Virus record (IMG/VR): IMGVR_UViG_3300028591_000009
Span: 42,603-106,602 of that record
DNA length: 64,000 nt
Direction: 5' to 3' (one strand)
From: a virus
Lineage: Duplodnaviria > Caudoviricetes
Shown here one piece after another: positions 1-9,486 of the stretch; the stretch's first letter is position 1, and the number at the start of each line of letters is the position of its first letter. The notes beneath the pieces were generated by a model. It was not told the DNA's origin, ran no database searches, and saw only the letters and a program-made list of their open reading frames with translations. Position numbers and translations under genes: made by a program.

Positions 1-78
1 TCCAGCCTGACTAGTAAAATCATCTTTTGAAAAATTTTCATCTATTAATGGAATTATTAGTTTTACTTGTGTACTCAT
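1..78 (-). CDS. Hypothetical protein, N-terminal part only (MSTQVKLIIPLIDENF...), runs off the window edge
   Basis: ATG at 78 overlaps the upstream stop (ATGA); frame open to position 1. Confidence 0.6.
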   Translation of the reverse strand, partial: MSTQVKLIIPLIDENFSKDDFTSQAG

Positions 79-1091
79 AGGTTCAATGACTCTGAGCCAT
101 CGCCTTCATAATATTCTCTACTATGTTCCCACTTATTGTTAGTCTGATGCCAATATATATCTTGCATAGCTTTCAATATAGTATCTTTTCTAGAATATAC
201 ATCAAACTGATCAATCTTAAATACACGAATATCACCACTTCCTGTAGTATCTATACCGATAATATAGAACTCAAAAGACCATTTATTCCAGTCTTCTTTG
301 AGCTCATATCGCAAATACCATACGACAGCTTGATAATAATAACAAAGCTGTCTGAGATAGTCATATTGATTCATACTATCCTCAAAGTGCCATAACTTTT
401 GTGTAGTCTTTAAGTCATATATGATAGCTTTCTTATTCTTAAAATCAAGAGTAAGACCATCTAACAATGACTTACACGCAACACCAGCTGCCATTTTTAC
501 ATAGTATGTCCAGTTTATATGAAATTCGTGATGATTCTCAAACACTACATCATCTTTATAATCACGAAGTGTTCTCGAAGCTTCTATTATAGAGTAAGCA
601 AGTTTATGGGATTGTACATTCTGCTTAATTCTCTCAAGCATTCTGTACTCTGAAGGAGTTATCATAATACGACCATCGTTTTCTTTCAGGAAGTCTATAT
701 AATCCTTCAGCGTAGAGGCTATTTTCAGGCCTTCTGACAGCATTTTGTCTTCTGACTTTCCTGCTGTACTATATGCTTCTTTATAAGCGCTTAGAATGGC
801 TCTATTCGGCTCTATTTCTAAAGAAGATGCTAAAGCCTGACAGAACTTCTCTTGCTGTGCAGAGAAAGGTCTACTTTTGTTCCAGACTACATAGTCCTTT
901 TGAAACTCTTCAGGCTGTAACAGATACTCGTGAATCATAGTTCCACGCTCCAACACAGGGTTCTTTTCCTCTGGTGGAGGGTCTGTAAGCATCTTATGCA
1001 AAAAGGCTGGTCCCTTGTTTAGGAACCAGCCTATGTTCGAATTGGATATTCTAGTTAAATCCTCATAATAAGGAACTGATATGTCCATCAT
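75..1091 (-). CDS. PD-(D/E)XK exonuclease (DUF3799/RecE-ExoVIII-like)
   Basis: ISNS..., RGTMIHE, KSLLD...YDLKTT and RQLCYY motifs. Confidence 0.8.
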   Translation of the reverse strand: MMDISVPYYEDLTRISNSNIGWFLNKGPAFLHKMLTDPPPEEKNPVLERGTMIHEYLLQPEEFQKDYVVWNKSRPFSAQQEKFCQALASSLEIEPNRAILSAYKEAYSTAGKSEDKMLSEGLKIASTLKDYIDFLKENDGRIMITPSEYRMLERIKQNVQSHKLAYSIIEASRTLRDYKDDVVFENHHEFHINWTYYVKMAAGVACKSLLDGLTLDFKNKKAIIYDLKTTQKLWHFEDSMNQYDYLRQLCYYYQAVVWYLRYELKEDWNKWSFEFYIIGIDTTGSGDIRVFKIDQFDVYSRKDTILKAMQDIYWHQTNNKWEHSREYYEGDGSESLNL

Positions 1092-1870
1092 CGTTTAGAT
1101 ATGTTAAGGAATTCAATAATATCATCAAAGGAATCATCAGGATTATTCTTTATCTCTTCTCCAAATATAATAACATTATCATAAGATATAGTATCAACAT
1201 TGCTGCAAATATATTCTGCTGCTGCATCTGCTTTATCTTTATCCCCAATAATATCATTAATGATTCCTTTAACACTATCCTTTGTAAGACCTCCAAAACA
1301 CTTCTTATAACGTATACGAGAACACCTATCGTTCAAATACGTATTGATTTCCTTCTCATCATTACATGTTGCAATAACCATCTTTTTACAAGTAGGTTTT
1401 ACACCATCTAAAAATCCAAGGAGATAACGAGTATTCCAATACTTATCGATTTCGTCAAAGATAATACATACATCGGTTGTAAATTTCGCAAAAAACGGCT
1501 CAATGTCATCAGACGACATTTTACTGTCTACTACTATGATAGGCAGGCCAGACTCTTTAGCTATTTTCTTAGCCATAAGTGTCTTACCACATCCTTTCAT
1601 ACCACTAAGAAGTATGCCTGTTGTCATCTTCTCAGTTTTATTAAACGTATCGATAGCTTTGTTTATAAATTTAATATCTTTATCGTTCAAATAGTACTTC
1701 TTTGGAAATTCGAAATCTTTGTCTTCGACTAAATAATCCACATACAAATCACGATCGTGAATTAAAGTATATACCTTACCTGGTATAAGATCATAGTCTA
1801 CACCGAAAGGTTTTGGGATTATATGGCCGTTATCATTGACAAAAGAATTGTTTTTATTTTGTTTTTCCAT
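1088..1870 (-). CDS. AAA+ ATPase
   Basis: Walker A GMKGCGKT, Walker B IIFDEIDK, sensor-1 ATCN, DRCSRI arginine finger. Confidence 0.85.
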   Translation of the reverse strand: MEKQNKNNSFVNDNGHIIPKPFGVDYDLIPGKVYTLIHDRDLYVDYLVEDKDFEFPKKYYLNDKDIKFINKAIDTFNKTEKMTTGILLSGMKGCGKTLMAKKIAKESGLPIIVVDSKMSSDDIEPFFAKFTTDVCIIFDEIDKYWNTRYLLGFLDGVKPTCKKMVIATCNDEKEINTYLNDRCSRIRYKKCFGGLTKDSVKGIINDIIGDKDKADAAAEYICSNVDTISYDNVIIFGEEIKNNPDDSFDDIIEFLNISKR

Positions 1871-2252
1871 TTTTACTGACTTTAAGTTCTTGAATCATGG
1901 CGTCTACATCTTTATGATTTCTCACAAGATATAGCTTAGTTTTCGCGTGATGCTTATACAAGTAATACTTGAAAAGCTTCCAACGCAAAGGAAATGAATC
2001 TCCCATAAGACCTTTACATTCTACTATAAAACCTCGTCCTACGAAGTCTGGTAGATATGTAATAGGTCTTATTTTTTGACCCATCCACTCGAACTTTGGT
2101 AGCAGAGTAAAATGCTTTGGCTCATATTTTACAGGTATCCCTGCTTCCATAAAAGCTTCATACGTATAGAGTTCGAGCTTACTACGAAAATGTAGTCCAT
2201 ACGCATCGACCGCTGTCGCATTTTTAACCCTACCTTTAGACTTCGACATCAT
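1854..2252 (-). CDS. Small PD-(D/E)XK endonuclease (DUF1064 / endonuclease I-like, possible resolvase)
   Basis: FRSKLE...YLPDF...IVECKG motifs. Confidence 0.75.
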   Translation of the reverse strand: MMSKSKGRVKNATAVDAYGLHFRSKLELYTYEAFMEAGIPVKYEPKHFTLLPKFEWMGQKIRPITYLPDFVGRGFIVECKGLMGDSFPLRWKLFKYYLYKHHAKTKLYLVRNHKDVDAMIQELKVSKNGKTK

Positions 2253-2496
2253 AACAGATGTCCTTCACACCTCTATCGTCTAATCGAACTGCTGTAATGA
2301 TTTTACCATTCTTTCTTATAGCAACATAGGTATACTTGTCATTATCAAACTTTCTATCTATGGCTATCAGTTCGTATCCATCCGATAAACTCTTAATCAC
2401 ATAAGGCTGTGTAGCATTCTTATATGAAATGTATAGTGATACGATTGTGGTGATAAACGCACCCAAAAACGTACCAAGGATCAATGTCTCAACCAT
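2236..2496 (-). CDS. Small protein with N-terminal transmembrane helix
   Basis: Hydrophobic N-terminus; overlaps both neighbours in the operon. Confidence 0.6.
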   Translation of the reverse strand: MVETLILGTFLGAFITTIVSLYISYKNATQPYVIKSLSDGYELIAIDRKFDNDKYTYVAIRKNGKIITAVRLDDRGVKDICYDVEV

Positions 2497-3460
2497 ACTG
2501 TATTGTTTTTTGTAACCAATTCTTTACTTCTGTAAAGTCGTTTGACTTCACCGCGTCCGAAATATCTTTTGAGTTAAACTTCTTATGGACAAATATAGCA
2601 TCTATTTTATATTTCTTACTATATTCTCTAGCTTTCCTCATACCAGTTGCATCTCTGTCAAATAGTATGACAATACGCTTCCATTTATATCGTAAAGACT
2701 TCAATATATCATCAGGTATAAATGTAGTCTCACTCGAAGGTGATATAGCACTAAAACCCATCTCATACAAACACATAACATCTTTTAAAGACTTAGTGAT
2801 TATAAGGATATCCCCTCCCTCATAGGGCAGTTCAGCCAATCCCTGTACGTGCCGATTTGTCAGATTGGTACGCCATTTAGTATACTTTGAGGCTAAAGGT
2901 CTATAAATTTTAAATTTATCATAAACCTTATATGCATACATAGGACTGGTATCTTTGTAGGTTCCTCTGACGACTCTATTACAAAGATAGTATTTAATGC
3001 TAAATACATTGAATTTCTTCAACGTATCCAGAGATATATGGAATTGCTTCCAGTATTTTTTATCAACTTCTGTAAATGGTTGACGAACTATTCCGATGTC
3101 AGATTCTCCAGAAGGAGTATATGACCGTGTCACAGTTGCCACACTGCTGGTTGGATTGGATCGCTTAACGATTCTCAGCAGTTCTTTCTCTAGTTCCTCA
3201 CGTGTTTGAATATTCTTATAGAGTTTCATGAACTTCAGAGCATTTCCAGACACTCCTGTTCCATGATCTTTAAACAATAAAGCACCATCCTTAGTTGCGA
3301 ATATAGCGAACGATGGCATCTTATCGTCTCCTCTTAAAGGACTATTCATAAGTTTCCCTGGCTTAAAAGCACCAAGATAATAAGAATAGATAGTATAGTC
3401 ATCCACTTTATTCAACAAGTCTCTAAGACTCATTGTAATCGCTGTTTTTGTACTATACAT
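2489..3460 (-). CDS. DNA primase (TOPRIM, crAss-type)
   Basis: SPLR.D..PSF, FKDHGTG, IITKSLKDVM and FDRD motifs. Confidence 0.85.
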   Translation of the reverse strand: MYSTKTAITMSLRDLLNKVDDYTIYSYYLGAFKPGKLMNSPLRGDDKMPSFAIFATKDGALLFKDHGTGVSGNALKFMKLYKNIQTREELEKELLRIVKRSNPTSSVATVTRSYTPSGESDIGIVRQPFTEVDKKYWKQFHISLDTLKKFNVFSIKYYLCNRVVRGTYKDTSPMYAYKVYDKFKIYRPLASKYTKWRTNLTNRHVQGLAELPYEGGDILIITKSLKDVMCLYEMGFSAISPSSETTFIPDDILKSLRYKWKRIVILFDRDATGMRKAREYSKKYKIDAIFVHKKFNSKDISDAVKSNDFTEVKNWLQKTIQYG

Positions 3461-3481
3461 GGCTTATAAGCTCTTAGTATG

Positions 3482-3564
3482 TGGGAAATGAGGGATTCGA
3501 ACCCTCACGGTCAACTGACCAAGGGATTTTAAGTCCCTCGCGGCTACCTTTACGCCAAAATCCC
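3482..3564 (-). tRNA. tRNA-Leu(UAA); two U-U mismatches in acceptor stem
   Basis: Anticodon arm AGGGA-CTTAAAA-TCCCT, long variable arm, T arm GAGGG-TTCGAAT-CCCTC. Confidence 0.8.
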
Positions 3565-3568
3565 GACC

Positions 3569-3724
3569 TTATACAACTCTAAACTCATTCTTGAGTTTAT
3601 TTTTAAGTTGCCATTTGTACATTTTTTCAATTTCTTTCAATTGTGAATCATCTTCACAATAATCTACCCAAGGTGTCCATACGACACCTTCATGGGTCCA
3701 ATATTGATATCGTTTTTGTATCAT
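3569..3724 (-). CDS. Small hypothetical protein (MIQKRYQYW...)
   Basis: Internal ATG at 3724 of the listed ORF; start uncertain. Confidence 0.5.
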   Translation of the reverse strand: MIQKRYQYWTHEGVVWTPWVDYCEDDSQLKEIEKMYKWQLKNKLKNEFRVV

Positions 3725-3971
3725 AACTGAAGGGGCTGACAGATTTATTCCATCAGTCTTCCACCACTGACCGTTTATTCTAACATAATCGCCAGCAATA
3801 CACTTTCGTGGGCTGTCAACGTGCGAATATACGCGTATTAAATTAGAAAGGTTGGTCGTCAGCACCACTGACTGTCATAACCAGTAGAACGGGTCGTTTT
3901 TTCGTCTCCATTCCCTTAGTTTCAGCCAATCATCATAATGCATATAGTATGTAATACCATTTACATTAATC

Positions 3972-4562
3972 TCAAAAAGGCAGGTCGTCAGCACCTGTAG
4001 TCTCAGTAACCGGAGCAGTTGTTACACTGAGCGGATCTGCAGCAGGTTCTCTATCTGCTACAATGGGACGCTCCAAAAGATCGTTCTTCCAAAGCTTAAT
4101 CTGAGACTCTGTTACACTCATAGGTTCAATGAAAATACCATTCTTGGATACCTGTGTATAACCGTTCTTATCATAAGTTACCTTAAGACGAGCGGTACCA
4201 CTTTCTCCATCGTTAAGACACATCTTAGCCCAAGTAATCATCTCGATAAATGAAGAACCTTCAAAATCGTTATGACCACCTTTAATTGCATCTATTACCT
4301 GCAGAATACGACCGAACTGCTGATTATCACGACGCTGAAGATCTTCATCCGTCTTAATCCACATATTCTTCTCATTCTTCCACTCAGTCATAGTAGCGGT
4401 CTGACCATTTTCATTCTCAAAGATAATCTCCAAGAAATCACGACCGTTAGGTGTCTTATTAACGTTTACCTCTTTTAAGGTAATATTCTCATTAATGCCC
4501 ACAGGCATATATGAAGAGTTAAACTCCTCATTATTTGTTGTTGCTGTTTTTGTACTATACAT
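3972..4562 (-). CDS. ssb: Single-stranded DNA-binding protein
   Basis: Beta-rich core, flexible tail, acidic C-terminus DDLPF; next to annealase. Confidence 0.75.
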   Translation of the reverse strand: MYSTKTATTNNEEFNSSYMPVGINENITLKEVNVNKTPNGRDFLEIIFENENGQTATMTEWKNEKNMWIKTDEDLQRRDNQQFGRILQVIDAIKGGHNDFEGSSFIEMITWAKMCLNDGESGTARLKVTYDKNGYTQVSKNGIFIEPMSVTESQIKLWKNDLLERPIVADREPAADPLSVTTAPVTETTGADDLPF

Positions 4563-4579
4563 AATTTTTAAACTCTGAG

Positions 4580-5326
4580 TTATACTTCTGGTTTATAAAC
4601 ACGATCCCAATAGGTTGTTATAGTTCCATCTTCGTTACCTGTTGCTATAACAATATCTTTACCTGCGATGTGCCTAGCACGTGCTTCCATAATCGTTCCG
4701 TCTCCTCCAGACTTGAAGCTGATGTGAGTTTCATTATCTTTGCGATAGACGTACCCGACAGCGTCGGCCATACCACACACAATTTTCCCAAGTTTACCAA
4801 CGAGGTCGATTTCTTTTGCGTTAACTTCTTCTCCATCTTTATCGGTGATACTGTCTTTGACATGGCCTATTAGAATAAATTCGTCACAAAGGTCCTTGAA
4901 CATATCAATTACCTTCTTCACAGCGTCTCTTAGATATTTGTAACCTGCTCCACGAGCGAGCGTAGTGACATCCGTTCCTTTCCAGTTTTTTCCAAGTTCC
5001 GTTTGTCTATATAGAGTGCAAGCATAAGACATACAAATGTCTTCAAGACGTGTGGCATTGTCTATTGTAATGTGTTTATAGAAATTATGTCCCAACTCAT
5101 CATTCTTAGCTCGAACGGCTTGTGCAATCTCTCCAAGATCATTAATGGTACGTGCCTGAACAGCTAGCGCATCAATGAACTTAGATCCGCCTTCAAGGTC
5201 TATGATGAGATTATTCTCCAACTGAGCTACAGCACTGGTCTTACCTGCCTTAGGAAGGCCGTATAAAACCAAATACTGCGGATTAGTCGAAGTTGCAGGA
5301 ACTTTTTGAGTTGGTAATATTATCAT
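4580..5326 (-). CDS. Sak4-like / AAA_24 ssDNA-annealing ATPase
   Basis: YGLPKAGKT, IIDLEGG, ITIDNAT, LIGH and ADAVGY motifs. Confidence 0.8.
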   Translation of the reverse strand: MIILPTQKVPATSTNPQYLVLYGLPKAGKTSAVAQLENNLIIDLEGGSKFIDALAVQARTINDLGEIAQAVRAKNDELGHNFYKHITIDNATRLEDICMSYACTLYRQTELGKNWKGTDVTTLARGAGYKYLRDAVKKVIDMFKDLCDEFILIGHVKDSITDKDGEEVNAKEIDLVGKLGKIVCGMADAVGYVYRKDNETHISFKSGGDGTIMEARARHIAGKDIVIATGNEDGTITTYWDRVYKPEV

Positions 5327-5347
5327 ATTGACTTATAGTTCTAATGA

Positions 5348-5824
5348 TTAAAGAAGATTAATATTAATATTAGCTGCACCGTTGGTGTAGATATTAATAA
5401 TAGTCTTCTTGGTATTGGTACTCAATGACTTCAGGAAGTTGAAATCAGAGAAATCGGTATACTTATATGAATCGAAACCGATCTGGATCTCATCCTCGTA
5501 GAAAACAATGGGGGTACCATCACTCAGAGTATACATCTTACCGTAGATATACGGAATAGAGTAACTCTTCTTATACTTCTTATAATTAGCAAGAAAATCA
5601 ATAGCGTTGTCAAGCTTAGTATCATACTTCTTGCCCAGAAGAGCCTTGAAGAGGGCAGAGTCCTCATCATTCTTCTTACTGTTGTTAAACAGATAACTAT
5701 TCTTCTTAATTACATCAGCAATAACAAGATCGTCAAGAATCTTAGAATAGTTGGGTTTGCTACTAGTTGAAAAGGGAATACTATTGTTGTTGTTCTTCTT
5801 ACCAAAAGTGTATGTTGTAATCAT
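5348..5824 (-). CDS. Hypothetical protein
   Basis: 158 aa ORF in the operon, host-like codon bias. Confidence 0.7.
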   Translation of the reverse strand: MITTYTFGKKNNNNSIPFSTSSKPNYSKILDDLVIADVIKKNSYLFNNSKKNDEDSALFKALLGKKYDTKLDNAIDFLANYKKYKKSYSIPYIYGKMYTLSDGTPIVFYEDEIQIGFDSYKYTDFSDFNFLKSLSTNTKKTIINIYTNGAANININLL

Positions 5825-5865
5825 AATTCAGCCTATTTTTTAAGTTAATACTAGCCATCTGCGCA

Positions 5866-6789
5866 TTAACTTTCAACCAGATTGTTGTACATCAAATCGT
5901 TCTCGAATTCAAGAATACAAGGCTTTCCTGCATCTCTGTTTTTCAACATGTGCATGTACACCTTATTTTGTGTAGGTAAACGGTTTGGACCGTACTCTTG
6001 GATGTTCAATATCTCTGGTCTATGCATCACAAGGACATAATCGCTTGCTTGGAACATTGCATCAGATGACGATAAATCACTTCTCATTGGGTAATGACTC
6101 AATGGGTTGTTTATCCTCTCTGAAGACTCAATATTTCTATTCATCTGAGCGATCTGTATAACTGACGTCATCGGGAGCTTTTTAGCCTGGATGAATACTC
6201 TTTCGAGTTCAGATGTAGTTTCTATAACAGAACCTACTTGTTTTGTCAGCAACGTGTGATCGTATACAATAATAAAGTGTTTCTTAGAACCCTTTATATG
6301 TGACTCATAGAAAGATTTAATAGTTCGTTCTACCTCTGAAGGAGTAGTTGGATTATCTACAAAATAGATAGGATACTCTTTCAACTGGTTAGATACTGCA
6401 ACTACGCGTTTAAACGTCTCATCGTCCAGGTCCATTTCTGAACTATACAAGGTAGAAGTAGTTATTCGAAGTTTATTCGACAACGTTCTTCCAACTTGCC
6501 TAAATCCAACCATCTCTAATGAGAAGTTTAGAATGACTATGTCTTCAGTTGGATTCAAATCAATTATGTCGGTAGTTAGCTCATTAACAAATGAGCTCTT
6601 TCCACTTCCAGATATACCAGCTATGGTAATGACAGTATTAGGTTCAATACCTCCCATACACTGCTTATTAAACTTTCTCCACCTAGTTTTAAGAGATACA
6701 ATATTATGCTCTCTTCTTCCTCTAACGTAGTTGATAGCCTCTTGGGCCACAACACTCATCGGACGTACATTAGATAAGTTCTGTTCCAT
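5866..6789 (-). CDS. DnaB-like SF4 replicative helicase (C-terminal domain only)
   Basis: GISGSGKS, FSLEM, YDH, AQMNR, SDLSSS, QASD and KNRD motifs. Confidence 0.88.
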   Translation of the reverse strand: MEQNLSNVRPMSVVAQEAINYVRGRREHNIVSLKTRWRKFNKQCMGGIEPNTVITIAGISGSGKSSFVNELTTDIIDLNPTEDIVILNFSLEMVGFRQVGRTLSNKLRITTSTLYSSEMDLDDETFKRVVAVSNQLKEYPIYFVDNPTTPSEVERTIKSFYESHIKGSKKHFIIVYDHTLLTKQVGSVIETTSELERVFIQAKKLPMTSVIQIAQMNRNIESSERINNPLSHYPMRSDLSSSDAMFQASDYVLVMHRPEILNIQEYGPNRLPTQNKVYMHMLKNRDAGKPCILEFENDLMYNNLVES

Positions 6790-7336
6790 AAGAGTTTACT
6801 GATATTTTGGAATTATCGTTCATTTCATCTTCTACAGCTTCCCATTGGCTACGTGTCAACCAATTCCACATGGTCATCATATAGCTAAGAGAGCCTTCTC
6901 TCATACGCTTAGATACTTCATAGTCGAGACACTTAATAATATGCTCGGCCATTGCAGAACTCCTTCCGCACTTGGTATTAAAGAAATGTCGACACTTATT
7001 TACGTTCGCACGCAGATAAGATTTACTTCCATCCGCTCTCACAACATACACAGGATACATATCATAGAAAAGGTCGAAGTACTCTTTTTTAAGAGTAACT
7101 TGTTGTAACAACTTCTCTGATGGTTCATATGTAACTGAATCACCTCTCCCTATCGAGTTGACCAAATGTTGATCGAGTAAGTATTGTATTTCGTCGTCGC
7201 TGATTAGGCTGACAATCTTGCGGACGTCTTGATATTTAGGCTGATTCTTATCCAACACAATACTCAGAAACAATAATTGATTTGCGTTTAATTCTGGATT
7301 TTCATCCAAAATCTTTGTGTTTACTTCAATAATCAT
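6770..7336 (-). CDS. Putative replication initiator / helicase-loading protein
   Basis: wHTH-like N-terminus and FDLFYDMYP...NWL...WE C-terminal pattern; directly upstream of helicase. Confidence 0.45.
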   Translation of the reverse strand: MIIEVNTKILDENPELNANQLLFLSIVLDKNQPKYQDVRKIVSLISDDEIQYLLDQHLVNSIGRGDSVTYEPSEKLLQQVTLKKEYFDLFYDMYPVYVVRADGSKSYLRANVNKCRHFFNTKCGRSSAMAEHIIKCLDYEVSKRMREGSLSYMMTMWNWLTRSQWEAVEDEMNDNSKISVNSYGTELI

Positions 7337-7366
7337 ACTATCGACTCTTGGGTTCTAAGTGTATTA

Positions 7367-9238
7367 CTAAAATAATTCTAGTTGTTGTTCAGTAAAGTCA
7401 GCAATTATCTTTTTGGCTTCACTGGTATAGTAACGATAGTTAATTTTGCGATCTTCTATCGGTGTATCATCAAACTTATTCAGGATTGTTACTCCTGATT
7501 TTGTTAACATATTTGTTCGGTCTCTACCATCTTCAGGATTATCCTTATAAAGGTATTCACCGTTAGTGCTTGCATAAAATCTATTGATACGTTGTACAGG
7601 TTTATCACCATGCATAACTTTAAACTTCTTATCTACAGCTTGTGACATTAAGAAATCACGGATATCTTTATCCTTCTCAATAGTTTCTGTCACTGGAATG
7701 TTATGGACAAAGTAATTTATTACAGCTTTTGGAATGACTACTGGTGCTAGTCCCTTCCCAAGCTTTGTTTTTGTAATAAACATACCTTTTTCTTCTATCT
7801 CTCCGCCTTTCAAGACCCCAAAGTAGTCATTGATAGCGTATTGATAGAATGCTTCGTACTCATCTACTTCAAAACCAAGTTGTGTAATCTGTTCTACCTC
7901 TGAGATGGCTCTCTCTATACCCTCTTTAAGGCTGTTTTTAGCCCTGTAGACGACGCCATCAGTGTTGACCTGAATGATTTCACATCCAAGCTCCAAAAGC
8001 CTGTCTACAAGCATTAAAAGGATTAGCTGACCGTTTATTCTAATCTTAAAAACATTGAACGGATCATACATCCAACTTACCTCCTGTTGCATTTTACCAG
8101 TAGGAGAATTAAGCACGATCTTTAGAAACAGATTCTTAATCTTTTGACCAGTACGTTTTGCTTCTATTCGTTCATAATAAATACCTTCGAATATATCGCA
8201 AAATAGTTTTCCTAAGTGTCGAGGACCCAATTGATACTTAATTAATAAGCTTGGATACATACTAGTGACGTCGGCGTGTCCTATGTGCTCGTCATCTTTA
8301 GGGTGGAATATTTTCGGAGTATGTATAGAGTGAATACCTCCTACGCCTACTGAATACACCACATTTGAGAGAACAAACTTCTTCTCATAGCCTTTGCGCT
8401 CTTTAGAGTATACGATCTGTTTCTTCATATCCTCAAGAACGTCCTGTAACTTTGGATTTTTGTATTTTATAAACGGCAGAATAACATCCTTCAATGGAAT
8501 ATAATCCATAGGAGAACGCATTTCCTTTATAACATTTTTTGGAATACCTGACCGTTTAGAATATTCTTCTAACAGGAAGGTTTCTGCCATTTTAACACTG
8601 TCCATAGAAAGACAATCTATGCCGTGTTCTTTTTCGATAAACAACCTTAAATCGATTTGCTCTTTCAAGCGGCTTAATAACTCAGTAGTCGATTCAACAT
8701 CGTTTATATTGTATGCTATCATTTCGTCAATTTTATCTACAGGCAAGGGTTGATCGAAATCTCCCTCATACTCATAGACATTCTTATAGTGCATTGTAAC
8801 CTGCATGGTTTTCAAACCCACTCTAAGCTTTTGACTAAACTGCATTGTGAGTAAGTCCATAGACTCGAAGTAATGTGCATACTTCCATCGTTTGAGCTTC
8901 TCACGACTCCCATCTTCGTCTTCCACTATCGTAGTAGATAGATTAAACAAAGACTGACAAATCTTCCAATAAGGTAAACTTGCCAGTGTATGTGAATAAT
9001 CAATTATATAATTGATTATAACATCGTCATAATGATGGTTATTATAACCACAAAACATTCGCATGCTTTGTTTACCCTCAGATAAAAAGAAACCAACTAG
9101 ATCTTCTAGTTGATTCCTTCTTTCTGATATCTCAAATTTGTATAGTCGACTTGTCTCTGTATCTTTACAGCAACAGTGGAAACAATTAGGGAATATCTCT
9201 ACGTCGTATACGTAGACTATTCGATTTCGTATCCACAT
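7367..9238 (-). CDS. DNA polymerase family B with 3'-5' exonuclease domain
   Basis: ExoI YDVE, ExoII GYNNHHYD, ExoIII YNIND; polymerase motifs DVTSMYPS, KIVLNSPTGK, NTDG. Confidence 0.93.
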   Translation of the reverse strand: MWIRNRIVYVYDVEIFPNCFHCCCKDTETSRLYKFEISERRNQLEDLVGFFLSEGKQSMRMFCGYNNHHYDDVIINYIIDYSHTLASLPYWKICQSLFNLSTTIVEDEDGSREKLKRWKYAHYFESMDLLTMQFSQKLRVGLKTMQVTMHYKNVYEYEGDFDQPLPVDKIDEMIAYNINDVESTTELLSRLKEQIDLRLFIEKEHGIDCLSMDSVKMAETFLLEEYSKRSGIPKNVIKEMRSPMDYIPLKDVILPFIKYKNPKLQDVLEDMKKQIVYSKERKGYEKKFVLSNVVYSVGVGGIHSIHTPKIFHPKDDEHIGHADVTSMYPSLLIKYQLGPRHLGKLFCDIFEGIYYERIEAKRTGQKIKNLFLKIVLNSPTGKMQQEVSWMYDPFNVFKIRINGQLILLMLVDRLLELGCEIIQVNTDGVVYRAKNSLKEGIERAISEVEQITQLGFEVDEYEAFYQYAINDYFGVLKGGEIEEKGMFITKTKLGKGLAPVVIPKAVINYFVHNIPVTETIEKDKDIRDFLMSQAVDKKFKVMHGDKPVQRINRFYASTNGEYLYKDNPEDGRDRTNMLTKSGVTILNKFDDTPIEDRKINYRYYTSEAKKIIADFTEQQLELF

Positions 9239-9265
9239 GACTCATAGGTTCTTTAGTTAATACTA

Positions 9266-9346
9266 GGGACAGGTGCTGGATTCGAACCAACATTCTACAG
9301 CTGACCTATAGCATTACTGCAGTACTACCATTATACTAACCCATCC
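9266..9346 (-). ncRNA. tRNA-like RNA with enlarged (14-16 nt) anticodon loop
   Basis: Acceptor, D and T arms intact; CTGCAG/CTGTAG stem encloses TAATGCTATAGGTCAG. Confidence 0.65.
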
Positions 9347-9349
9347 TTG

Positions 9350-9448
9350 TGTACACCGAGGAATCGAACCTCTCTCCGTTTCGCGAGGACTCGCTTGGCG
9401 ATGTCCACGAAGAACCGTCCTAACGTCAATTAGACTTCGGTAGTGTAC
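9350..9448 (-). ncRNA. tRNA-like element (acceptor + T arm, non-canonical core)
   Basis: GTACACT/GGTGTAC stem + A; GAGG-TTCGATT-CCTC T arm. Confidence 0.5.
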
Positions 9449-9486
9449 TAACACAGTTACGTGCTAAGCAGAGGCTTTACTGTGCA

